A DNA stretch of 64,000 bases from Octopus sinensis (Eukaryota). The notes below the pieces were generated by a model that made no database searches, had not been told where the DNA came from, and saw only the letters and a program-made list of their open reading frames with translations. A program made the position numbers and the translations under genes. This document shows, piece after piece, positions 41,705 to 52,926 of the stretch (within the stretch, counting starts at the first letter, position 1; each line of letters opens with the position of its first letter). The stretch spans positions 29,264,001-29,328,000 of the forward strand of contig NC_043015.1 in NCBI RefSeq assembly GCF_006345805.1, given 5' to 3'.

Positions 41705-42690
41705 ATGGAAGTGTCAAAGCGCGATATTCGAGTAATTTTACCATTCAACTTCAAAAAAGGACGTAAAACACGGGGAAACTGCTCGCGATATCAACGAAAC
41801 GTTTGGTGAAGAAATGACCAGTAAGTGGTCAGCTCGAAAATGGTTTAAACGATTTCGCAGTGGAGACTTGCGAAGATCGTGAACGTAGTGGACACCCATC
41901 TGTCATCGACGATGGTCAATTAAAGACCGTCATCGAGAAAGAAAGATCCACGGAAAACCACTCGAGAACTCGCAAAAGAAATTCAAGTTAACCAAAAAAA
42001 AAAAAGACTTGCCTGCAACTAACTGCATGCGATCGGAAAATCAAAAATGCTCGACAAATGGGTACCACACGATTTGAATGAAAATCAGAAAATGCGCAGA
42101 TATGAAATTTGCTCGTCGCTTCTTCTCCATAACCAGATCGAGCCATTTCTCGAGCGTGTTGTAACTTGTGATGAAAAGTGGATTCTGTAAAAGAATAAAA
42201 AATGTTCTTCGCAGTGGCTGGACCAAAATGAAGCACTGAAAAACCTTCCCTAAACCCGAGCACTTCATTTAAAGGTTATGGTGACTGGTAGTGTACTGCT
42301 GGACTCATCCACTGTGACTTCTTAAAACCCGGAAAAACCATTACTGCAGAAAAATATTGCCATGAATTTGCCAAAATGAACGAAAAACTGCTACTTCTCT
42401 GTCCAAGACTGGTCAACAGAAGAGGACCAATCATTCTTCCTGACAATGCTCGACCACACGTTTCACTAATGACGCTCCAGAAGTTGAGGGAACTTGGCTA
42501 TGAAGTTCTTCACCATCCAGCTTATTCCCCCAGACCTTTCTCCTACCGGCTACGCTTTTCTAAGCACCTTGTTGGTTTCCTACGAGATAAGGAGTTCAAA
42601 AATTCAAACCGATGCTGAAAATGCGATCAAAGAGTTCATCAGCTCCGGAACTCCAGATATTTATGTTACCGAAACAAACAAACTTGTAAT
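41705..42690 (+). pseudogene. Mariner (D,D34D; Hsmar1/SETMAR-like) transposase relic
   Basis: KWVPHDL, VTCDEKW, DNARPH and HPAYSPDLSP motifs with several frameshifts and stops; 3' end replaced by SINE copies; TIRs not seen. Confidence 0.88.
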
Positions 42691-42693
42691 TCG

Positions 42694-43225
42694 GGAGAGG
42701 GGACCAATCGATTACATCGACCCCAGTGTTTCACTGGTACTTAATTTATTGACCTCGAAAGGATGAAAGGCAAAGTCGACCCTGGCGGAATTTGAACTCA
42801 GACGAAATATCTATTTCTTTACTACCCACAAGGGGCTAAACACAGAGAGAACAAACAAGGACAGACAAAGGGATTAAGTCGATTACATCGACCCCAGTGT
42901 GTAACTGGTACTTAATTTATCGACCCCGAAAGGATGTAAGGCAAAGTCGACCTCGGCGGAATTTGAACTCAGAACGTAACAGCAAACGAAATACCTATTT
43001 CTTTACTGCCCACAAGGGGCTAAACACAGAAGGGACAAACAAGGACAGACAAACGGATTAAGTTGATTATATCGACCCCAGTGCGTAACTGGTACTTAAT
43101 TTATCGACCCCGAAACGATGAAAGGCAAAGTCGACCTCGGCGGAATTTGAACTCAGAACGTAACGGCAGACGAAATACGGCTACGCATTTCGCCCGGCGT
43201 GCTAACGTTTCTGCCAACTCGCCGA
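42694..43225 (-). mobile_element. SINE family 3, tandem trimer of about 180-bp body units
   Basis: Repeated gtcgactttgcctttcatcctttcggggtcga..gtaccagttac..ttagccccttgtggg unit; similar multimers at 35095-35430, 46190-46612 and 55800-56200. Confidence 0.75.
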
Positions 43226-43849
43226 CTTCGAAGAAGACAATATTGGCGAGTGAAAAATGTCAAAGTGTCTCCCACATCCGACCATTCATAAAGTCCATGT
43301 GACATACAGCGTTTATAACATGGCGCAAAATTAATTAAGGAACCTTCAGGACTTGTGAATACGCAGCGGGACGTCTTTATTCTGAAGTCCATTATCTGCA
43401 GAACCGTAAGAGTCTGGCACATTTTGGTACAGCTGTATCAATAAGATGCAGAAAGACTTTTTTGTTTTGTTTTCTTCTAGTCCCGACTCTCTCAGGTACT
43501 GGTGACTTTTCAATATCCCGCTTGACAGGAAGGTGGTGGTGGTGGTAGTAGTAGTAGTAGTAGTATAATTACAGTGGTGGTAGCGGCGGCGGCGATGGTG
43601 ACAACAATGGCGATGGTGGCGGCGATGGCGGAGGTGATGGCGATGGCGGTGGCGAGAGAGGACAGTGGTGACCCGGGGTGAGGTAGAAGGGAAATGGTGA
43701 TAGCGGTGGGAGAGGCAGCTGCAAAGTGGGAGAGGAGGTAAGTTACTTTATTTGGGTTTTGGTTGGGGTAGATTTTATCGCGGTTTTTTTCACAGGTGGA
43801 CTTTTCTTTGAATGACAAGATTTTTGGAATTTATTTTCATACGCACGCA

Positions 43850-43891
<42 letters not shown>

Positions 43892-44319
43892 AGTGTGAGC
43901 TTACGCTTGCATGTGTGTATGTGTGTATTAACCTTATTTCAAAATAGAGTTTTAATCAAATTGTTACTTTACTTAATTGCTACATGGTGAGTGAGCTTTT
44001 CAGTTTTTTGTTGTTGTTTTTTTTCCTTTTAAAAAATTCTGAAATTAAATTTTAAGAAAACAGAAGAGAAAAAAAGAAAAGAAAAGAGGAGAATAATTGA
44101 GAAAAAGGAAACAGAGAAAGGGAGAGATAGAGTGAGGGAGAGATAGAGAAAGAAAGTGTGAGGGAGAGAGAGTGAAGGAAAAAGATTGGGAAAGTGACAG
44201 GAAAAGAGAGAGAGAGAGAGAGAACATATGTAAGTTATCTGTCGGCACCTGGTGAATCTGATTTGTGTTTTGTGTTTTGATTTTTGCATTTCGGATAAAC
44301 ATATTTTTGCGGTATGTAC

Positions 44320-44387
44320 ATACATATATATATATATAATACACATATATATATATATATGTATATATATATGTATATATATATATG

Positions 44388-44481
<94 letters not shown>

Positions 44482-44482
44482 G

Positions 44483-44513
<31 letters not shown>

Positions 44514-44860
44514 GTGTGTATTATATGTGTGTATTATATCTATCTATCTATATATATATATATATATATATAATACACACACACATATATATATATATAA
44601 TATATATATATAATACATACATACATATATATGTATATATATATATATACATATATAAACGCACACACACAGGGGGGAGATACATATATACATGTATTTA
44701 TACATATACTGTATATATATATATATACACACATACGTATTTACAAATATGTATGTATATACATGTGTGAGAGTGTACATGTCTATGTCTATGTATATAT
44801 GTACGTCTATATACATATATGTCCGTATACATACGTGCGACATACACATATATACACAGA
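44320..44860. repeat. (TA)n microsatellite complex
   Basis: Directly visible. Confidence 0.9.
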
Positions 44861-45297
44861 AAGGGCAGGTTTTACAATTAACCTTTTAATTATCTTAGAC
44901 AAATGTCAGTGGAAGAAATGCTGTTTTCGTTGTCTATTACTTTGCCAAAAGCTGTGTACAAGTTCGTCAGATTTGGACGATTGATAACCTCCTACTCGCT
45001 ATGTATTCTTCACATCCTGTCAAATAAAACAATATAAACAGACAAAAGCGAAATACCAAAACAAAAAACACTGCAGGGGAGTCCTAAATTCGCTTCCAAT
45101 AAAGCACAGAGTATCGGGCAAAATTTAACAAAAGTTACTATTGTTCGTATTATTCCGCCGAGGTCGACTTTGGCTTTTGTCCTTTCAGGGTCGATAAATA
45201 AGTATCAATGAAACAACTTGGGACGATGTAATCGACTCATCTCTCCCAAAATGGCTGCCCTTGTGGAAAAATTTCAAACCGTTATTATTATTATTAT

Positions 45298-45607
45298 CTG
45301 AATAAGGGTTGTTTAAGGATGTTGAACGAAACACCCATGTTTCCAGAGGTGAATCATTCAAACCCCAAAGAATCCCTCTCCACACATGGCTATGATGCTC
45401 TCCCACTACTTCTGCTCGTTATCTTAGATGCACATATTGTCAGCCACTTAGGGACATGCTCAACTGGTTAAGGTCAAACAACTGACAAGCAAATCTGTGG
45501 TATTGAGTTGAATATTTGCTGTAGCCCATCTTTTATACCAAGACAAAACAATGTACTTCCAATCAGTTAAGATCAGAAGCCACGAGAGCCACTGCCTGGT
45601 ACTGCAT
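45298..45607 (-). mobile_element. Partial copy of the (TAA)n-associated element
   Basis: Reverse complement aligns to about 511-830 (gcagtaccaggcagtggctct...aacaacccttattcag). Confidence 0.65.
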
Positions 45608-45613
45608 TAGGGT

Positions 45614-45671
<58 letters not shown>

Positions 45672-45680
45672 CATTATCAT

Positions 45681-46115
45681 TCCGAAGGACTCTCGGATAG
45701 TTCTTAATTACCAGTTATTCCTTACTTGAAAGCAAGCAATAACAAATCACCAAAGGTTTCAAGTAGTGCCTTCTCCTGTGACTCAAAGAGACAATACTCT
45801 CCTTAGAATACGAGCCAACAATGCTGTCATTTGGAGCACTTCGAGCCTGTCAGCAGCTCCAATAGTTTTAATGTTTTTCAAAGCTCTTAGAAACTGCTCT
45901 CAATACACCAGTTAACACCGATATCACCATTACTTTCTTTATGCCCCATAACTTTCCTATCTCGTCCCGCAGTGTCTGGTATTTGTCACTCTTCTCTGTT
46001 TCCTTACATTTCACCTTCGAATCGCCTGGTATTGCAACATCTATTATCTTTGCTTCTTTTTTCATCTTGGGTCCTTCTGGCATAGTACGGTTCTTCCTTT
46101 TGTGATCCAGGCTGA
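45681..46115 (-). mobile_element. 3' fragment of a second REL-endonuclease (R4-like) LINE
   Basis: KIIDVAIPGDSKVKCKETEKSDKYQTLRDEIGKLW; degenerate; ends at an (ATT)n tract. Confidence 0.7.
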
Positions 46116-46944
46116 ATCTTTCAAGGGGTCAGTTTGTCGCCTCTCCTATTTGTTGTTTGCATACTGCTACTAACCAGCGTTTTGAGAAAGGCGGCGAGCT
46201 GGCAGAAACGTTAGCACGCCGGGCAAAATGCTCAGCGGTATTTCGTCTACCGCTACGTTCTGAGTTCAAATTCCGCCGAGGTCGACTTTGCCTTTCATCC
46301 TTTCGGGGTCGATAAATTAAGTACCAGTTACGCACTGGGGCCGATATAATCGACTTAATCCGTTTGTCTGTCCTTGTTTGTCCCCTCTGTGTTTAGCCCC
46401 TTGTGGGTAGTAAAGAAATAGGTATTTCGTCTGCCGCTACGTTCTGAGTTCAAATTCCGCCAAGGTCGACTTTGCCTTTCATCCTTTCGGAGTCGATAAA
46501 TAAAGTACCAGTTACGCACTGGGGTTGATATAATCGACTTAATCCGTCTGTCTGTCCTTGTTTGTCCCCTCTATGTTTAGCCCCTTGTGGGTAGTAAAGA
46601 AATAGGTATTTAGCGTCATTTATTGCGATTTCGTTTCATTAAAGATACGGTAGTATATTTTTTAGTGGGGTTGTATAAATAGGATGTTGTGACATTCATG
46701 CGCTTAGCTTGAGTATTAATGGTGTTTTCAACAAGTATTCGTAGATTGAAACTGCATCCTAACTTCAAAGTGATGGGATTCTGGAATCCTGGAACTCAAT
46801 AAATCTATTTAAAATACTGAAATAAACTAACGATCTGATTGGTTTCGTCTTCTTCGCACAATCGACCAAATCAGGCTCGGAGGGTGACGGGCGTTTCATT
46901 TAACCAACACTAGAGGGGAGGAAATAAAGGGTCACGTTTACAGT

Positions 46945-47319
46945 GGAAGCACTCCGTCGGTTACGACGACGAGGGTTCCGAATCAACGGAACAGCCTGCT
47001 CGTGAAATTAACGTGTAAGTGGCTGAGCACTCCACAGACACGTGCACCCTTAACGTAGTTCTCGGGGATATTCAGCGTGACACAGAGAGTGACAAGGCCG
47101 GCCCTTTGAAATACAGGTACAACAGAAACAGGAAGTAAGAGTGAGAGAAAGTTGTGGTGAAAGAGTACATCAGGGATTACCACCATCCCCTGCCGGAGCC
47201 TCGTGGAGCTTTAGGTGTTTTCGCTCAATAAACACTCACAACGCCCGGTCTGGGAATCGAAACCGCGATCCGATGACCGCGAGTCCGCTGCCCTAACCAC
47301 TGGGCCATTGCGCCTCCAC
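46945..47319 (-). mobile_element. SINE family 1, full length, tail type a
   Basis: TSD ACGTTTACAGT on both sides; another tail-a copy at about 54194-54558 (-). Confidence 0.8.
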
Positions 47320-47577
47320 CTACGTTTACAGTAGTAGGATTTGAAATCAGAACATAAACAGACGAAACTGAACAGAATAAGGCCTTCGATCTACTAAAAC
47401 CAGCAAGCTATAAAAGAAATTTCGAATTTATAACAGAGGTGCGATATATAGTTCGCGAAAACAGAGATAAAGAGGATAAATTTGACCTAAGCATATTATT
47501 AATGTTTATTTTATAGACCCCTAAGGGATCGGCGAATCGACGGAAACTTGTGCTACGACAAGCGAAACATCGCCAAG

Positions 47578-48226
47578 GGATCTTTTCGGTTTGAACGGCA
47601 GTTTTTTCTAGCGGTGTTATATGAAATTGTCACCCATAATTATGACCCTAGTATCGATCTATTGCACTTCAATCTGTTTTAGGGTTAGGGGTGGGGGAAG
47701 GGTATCTTTTTTTCTTCACAAATGTAAATAAACCCAATCTGTTTCTTAAACGAGGGACATATTCATACGGCACAGAATGTATTTTACCTCAATAGACGTC
47801 ATTGATTGGTTGAAATTGCAGAAATTGAAGAAAAAACAACACCAAATATCTTACAAACTATAGAATTTTCACAATAAAGCCAAGAGAAAAAGATGTTTTA
47901 TAAACACATTCTACCAGTATACGAAGTTTAAAATTTTTTAGTTACGTGGAAATTATTTAAAAAACTGCCGTTCAAACCGAAAAGATCCGGAAACTGAAAG
48001 CCTGTCATATGTGAGTATGAGAGAGGGTGTCTTTGGTTGTCACCCACCACCATTTGACAACTGGTGTTGGTGTGTTTACGACCCGCTGTAACTTACCAGT
48101 TCGGCAAAAGAAACCAATAGAAGGAGTAGGCTTTCGAAAACACATTCTACCCAGGATACGAAGTTTAAAAGTGTTTAGTTACGTGGAAATTATTTAAAAA
48201 AACTGCCGTTCAAACCGAAAAGATCC
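47578..48226 (+). mobile_element. GGATCTTTTCGG-TIR MITE copy D, composite (MITE plus SINE piece plus a second right end)
   Basis: First right end at 47988, about 155 bp of SINE-derived sequence, second right end at 48226. Confidence 0.75.
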
Positions 48227-48383
48227 TTAATGTTTATTTCATAGACCCGTAAGAGACGAAACATATGTTAGACTTCGATAGGGTCTGAATGTAGTCAGTA
48301 ACGGACATAAAATACGAGGAGACACAATAGTACATTACACCGGTACATCACCGTAATAGTCTTTATTCCACAGCAGAATTAAT

Positions 48384-48389
48384 GTAAGT
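48384..48389 (+). promoter_or_regulatory. Candidate splice donor of a non-coding RSRC1 5' exon
   Basis: aat|GTAAGT in unique, CpG-containing sequence; the ATG exon has an acceptor at 51320, so an upstream donor is likely. The assignment is inference only. Confidence 0.25.
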
Positions 48390-48681
48390 CTTTTAATTCT
48401 ATTAAATTCGATGGTTTTCTCACATTCACCTAATTAATCGGCAAAATATGCTAAGAGTATTAATATTATCGTTACTCGTATGATTATTTGTCTTTAATTA
48501 ATTTGTTTTGTATCCCTTTTACCTTATTCCATCTAATTATAATCAACGGGTTTTCATTCGTTTTGGATAATAAAGATTTGTTGGATTGGCACAGAATGGG
48601 GGATATTTTATTAAATCAATCGTAACTCTATGCCTGATATCTATTTTAGCGATTCACGATAGTAGGGGAGTGAGGAAAGAC

Positions 48682-48924
48682 GGTACTACTAGCGAACAGT
48701 GGTCCCGGTGCGCGTACTCGCGCATCCGCTCTAGCTAGTCATGACTAGTCGATCCTTACTTTGTGTTTTTGTGTTTTATTTACTTTGTTTTTAAAAAATT
48801 AATTATTTTGTGTTTTATTTACTTTGCTACGTAGTCGTTGCAGGATCGACTAGTCACGACTAGCTAGTGCGGATGTGCGACTACGCGAGTGCGCGCACCG
48901 AGACCACTGTTCGCTAGTAGTACC
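48682..48924. mobile_element. Mutator-like MITE, 243 bp
   Basis: TIRs of about 75 bp (GGTACTACTAGCGAACAGTGGTC...); perfect 9-bp TSD AGGAAAGAC at 48673-48681 and 48925-48933. Confidence 0.85.
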
Positions 48925-49469
48925 AGGAAAGACAAGCTCAACTACAGCAGGATTTGAACTTTGAATGCGAAAACACGAAGTATGCGCTGAACACACGAAC
49001 CAACGAATAGCATCTTCGTTATCGCTTGACCTGCTAGAAATAGTAGCCAAATCTCTCAAATTAAACACTCTACTACTATCTTGAGAATAAAGAGCATATT
49101 AGCTAAAAACTGGGTCTGAAAAATTAATAAAAGGTTGGGTGTTCGTGACTTGAATATTTTTTTATCAGAACTGACACGCCGTTAAACAAATACAATAACT
49201 GTAAAATAGGTAGAATAAATTCAGGGTGAATAGTTGATAAATGTAAACACCTGTATATGCCAGCTATTAGAGTGGCATATATTGAGTGACAAAACGGTAT
49301 AGACGATTTTTTGGAGTCCAATAATACCATGTACACCTATTTGATTATGAAGATTTACAAACATACTTTCCCAGTGATACTCGGTTTACCTACCATTATA
49401 AACAATACCAAATGTTTTTTTCTCAAACCTTTCATAATGTGTTACAAGTCTGTGGTGTAGCAATTGCAC

Positions 49470-49562
49470 GCGGCTGAAGAGGGCTTTTGAACTGTCTGTT
49501 ATGTCGATTATGCATTGATGTAAGAATAAGTTGTTCTATAAAGCTCGAAACATATGTACCGC
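49470..49562 (+). ncRNA. Type I hammerhead ribozyme, intact core
   Basis: gcgg-CTGAAGA-gggcttt..(52 nt)..aaagctc-GAAA-C-atat-G-TA-ccgc. Stem I GCGG/CCGC, stem II 7 bp, stem III C-G with palindromic loop, predicted cleavage after GUA at 49558. Confidence 0.8.
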
Positions 49563-49832
49563 AACATCCTTTGTGTCCTGTTTTTCATTTTATTTCATTT
49601 GATACATATATGTAACTGTAAAATCTTTAACTGAATCCCAACCGTTCCTACTACACTACATCATCATCAAAAACAAACATTTCTTGGTTCAAATTACACT
49701 GAGATCTACTTAACCTTTCGCCTTTCCGAAGGCCTATAAAATAAAGGGAATACTTTTCGAATAGTTATCTCATCTGGCATTACACTTCAAGTTCAAATCA
49801 CATTGAAGCCAACTTAGCCTTTCATCTCTTCA

Positions 49833-50207
49833 TCTCTTCTCTCTATATATAAACGGCAGTTCGTCTGTGCGTGTTTCTGTGTGTCTGTTTGCTTGTACCC
49901 TCACCCTGACCACAGCTTTCAACCGATTCTGATGAAACTTGACACACACATAGCCCAATGTCATAATTCAAAACTAACGCAGCGAAAATTTTGAAAAGTT
50001 CCCCCAGTTCTGAAAAAAATCGATAAATTCGACATGGGGTCGACAATCAGAAACACAAACCACAGACTGTCTAGGGGACGCAACTCGACCTTTTTAACTA
50101 AAATAAAAATTTACCATCATTTTTTTTCCATTTTTTGGCTATAACTCTAAAAATGCTTTATAGTTATTTCCCTTACAAACCCGAGCAACGCCGGGCGATA
50201 CTGCTAG
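49833..50207 (+). mobile_element. Non-autonomous Helitron
   Basis: A|TC...TATATAAAC 5' end; 3' hairpin CCCGAGCAACGCCGGG upstream of CTAG|T. Confidence 0.75.
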
Positions 50208-50682
50208 TAGTTGATAAAATAAAGTACCTGACCAGTACTGGAGTTAATGGTATTGTCGACTTTGCCTTTCATCCTTTCGGGGTCGATAAATTAAGTATCA
50301 GTTACGCACTGGGGTCGATGTAATCGACTTAATCCGTTTGTCTGTCCTTGTTTGTACTCTCTGTGTTTAGCCCCATGTGGGTTGTAAAGAAATAGGTAAA
50401 TAAGTACCAGTTGAGTACTGGGGTTGATGTAATCGACTTACCCTCTCCCCCAAAATTGGTGACCTTGCGCCAGAATTTGAAATCAGTGCTTGTTGCATTT
50501 CTTTGTAATCCCCTTCATGAAGTTCAACCATTTGAGATCAACTCTTGCCACTTCTCGTCATGTCTTCCACAGTAACCTTCTATTTTGGATCATTTGGCCC
50601 TTTTTTTTTTACTTGTGGCTGGCTGTGTGATTACTTTGTAACTACATAGCTCCGGGTTCATTCTGAGTGAAATCCCATTGTA

Positions 50683-50793
<111 letters not shown>

Positions 50794-51330
50794 TTGGTAT
50801 ATATATATATATTACCAAATATATACGTTTTTATTATTATTTTGCAATTTACTTAATCTTTGTTATATTATTGTTATTTTAATTTTAATATTTCTATTAC
50901 ATGTAATTTTCTAGATGGTGTAATTTAACTGTTCATTTTGAATTGATAAAAGGTGGGGGTTTTTCTAATTTATATATATATATATATATTATATTTTGTG
51001 AAATTTGATTTAGTTTTTCTAAATAGAATTTTTCCCTGTAAGTTAGGAATAATATTCCCTCAAATAATTATTATATATATAGGTCAGTTGAGTTAGTGGT
51101 TTGGAATAACCATCTAAGGGATAAAAATATCCAGTATACAACCGGTATAGTTACCTATGTTAACCCTGGGCATACATATGCAAGCATCTTATGCTCATAG
51201 GTTACAGGTAATGACAAATGATAAACCAATAAGGTTTGAATTGAGTAAGGTTTTACTGCTATTTCTATTGTTCAAGCAATTATATACATACTAACTAATG
51301 AATGTTAATGACTGTTTCAGCATTACAAAG

Positions 51331-51404
51331 ATGGGTCGTTACCTGGACAGTGATGAGGAGCGAAAGAAACACAAGAAGAAGAAGAAACGCCGTTCACGAT
51401 CCAG
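51331..51404 (+). CDS. RSRC1: Arginine/serine-rich coiled-coil protein 1 orthologue, coding exon 1 (MGRYLDSDEERKKHKKKKKRRSRS)
   Basis: Acceptor tttcag at 51320, ATG at 51331, donor CAG|gtgaga at 51405 (phase 2). N-terminus resembles vertebrate RSRC1 (MGRRSSDTEEE..KRKKKHRRRS). Confidence 0.85.
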
Positions 51405-51500
51405 GTGAGAACAGAATTAAACACATCATCTACTTATTGTCATGTATAGAGTTAGCTATCTCTCTGGTGTTATGTGATTTGTGTATGCATCAGTCTGTCC

Positions 51501-51537
<37 letters not shown>

Positions 51538-51539
<2 letters not shown>

Positions 51540-51940
51540 AGATAAGGGCATAAGAAAAATTCTAATGCCAGATACGCCGACACAAAAAAATTTTCAATAA
51601 CCATTAAATTTATGCGTCTCGAAATAAACCGATAGAAATCTCTAAAAAATTTGTTATTACCGTATTGGTCCAATTTTGGGGTTAATTCACTAGAAATTTT
51701 CCCCTCTTCAGCGGCACATACGCGAGGTATGAATAAGTATTTCATTTATATCTCGCGTATGTGCCGCTGAAGAGGGGAAAATTTCTTGTGAATTAACCCC
51801 GAAATTGAACCAATACCGTAATAACAAATTTTTTAGAGATTTCTATCGGTTTATTTCGAGACGCATAAATTTAATGGTTATTGAAAATTTTTTTGTTTCA
51901 GCGTATCTGGCATTAGAATTTTTCTTCTGCCCTTATCTTG
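51538..51940. mobile_element. 403-bp near-perfect foldback made of two inverted hammerhead-bearing arms (Penelope-like inverted pLTR pair)
   Basis: CAAGATAAGGGCA...TGCCCTTATCTTG, arms of about 195 bp, centre near 51740, (TA)n on the left. Right arm (+, 51762-51820) reads tgccg-CTGAAGA-gggg..cccc-GAAA-ttg-aac-caa-TA-ccgta. Left arm (-, 51658-51716) is the same but with AAAA for GAAA and a fully paired stem I (tgccg/cggta). Confidence 0.75.
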
Positions 51941-52082
51941 TAAATTATGTATAAATTTTACCTTTAAAGGCATTTTTTGATATGCTGGCCATTGATAAAA
52001 AATTTTTCTCGAAAAGAATTTTATCCTATATCAATTATATATATATATATATAATCAAAATAAGCAACAAGAATGTCTCCGG

Positions 52083-52175
52083 TAATTTGGTACGATCGTT
52101 TCGTACTACATCATTTTATTAAATGTTGTAAGTATTACAACAGTTTTAAAATGCTGAGCACTCATCAGCCAATTA
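52083..52175 (-). ncRNA. Type I hammerhead ribozyme, intact core, antisense within an RSRC1 intron
   Basis: Minus strand: taattgg-CTGATGA-gtgct..agtac-GAAA-C-gatc-G-TA-ccaaatta. The stem II insert itself forms a hairpin (tgttgtaa-tac-ttacaaca). Confidence 0.75.
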
Positions 52176-52926
52176 TAGAGGTTTTCCATTAATACAAAAA
52201 TTTTCATATCAAGTGGCAACATTATAGAGAAGGTAGATATATAGACAAAGATGTGGATTTAAATTTTAAGAACATTTGAGGTAGTGGAGCCCATCAACTG
52301 ACTGACTAAGATTCAGTTGTTCCAGACTACTGTAAGATTCTGAGAGGGAAGAACATATATATATGTATATATATATATATATATATGAATATATATTGAT
52401 GTAGGCATGGCTGTGTGATAAGAAGCTTGCTTCCCAACAACATGGTTCCGGGTTCATATCCACTACACAGCACCTTGGGCAAGTGTCTTATGCTGTAGCC
52501 TTGGGCCGAGTAAAGCCTTGTGAGTGGATTTGGTAGACAGAAACTGAAAGAGGCCCATCGTATATATACATATATGTATGTATGTGTGTGTGTGTCTGTG
52601 TTTGTCCCCCCAACATCGCTTGACAACTGATGATGGTGTGTTTACATCCCCGTAACTTAGCGGTTCGGCAAAAGAGACTGATAGAATAAGTACTAGGCTT
52701 ACAAAGAATAAGTCCTGGGGTCGATTTGTTCGACTAAAGGCATTACGGCAGTACTCCAGCATTTCTTGCCTCATGTAGGAGTGCAGTGTACCAATCACAA
52801 CATGTAAGAGTGTAGCATGTAAGGGTGCAGTGAGTGGAGAGTGAAATTCTTTGGGCTTTATTTTTTCTTTTTCTTTTCTGTATCTTTCTGCCCTTGGCTA
52901 ATTTCTTTGGGGTTCTTTATTTCTAG

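Noticed and set aside
44905-44975. CTGACGA...GAAA on the minus strand (similar partial matches at 8652, 14427, 28712 and 63748, and in the Helitrons)
   Set aside because: Stem II closing pair, stem III/UH site or stem I is missing.
48240-48275. GAAACATATGTT resembling the hammerhead stem III signature
   Set aside because: No upstream CTGANGA or stem II partner; the context resembles a degenerate SINE.
51538-51940. Plain Tc1/mariner MITE interpretation (TA-flanked palindrome)
   Set aside because: Each arm contains a complete hammerhead fold, which fits an inverted Penelope-like pLTR better; not fully excluded.
52841-52926. N-terminal extension of the 236-aa RS ORF, and the alternative-frame ORFs at 52950-53546 and 53097-53393
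   Set aside because: Intron/polypyrimidine tract, and shadow frames of the RSRC1 exon.
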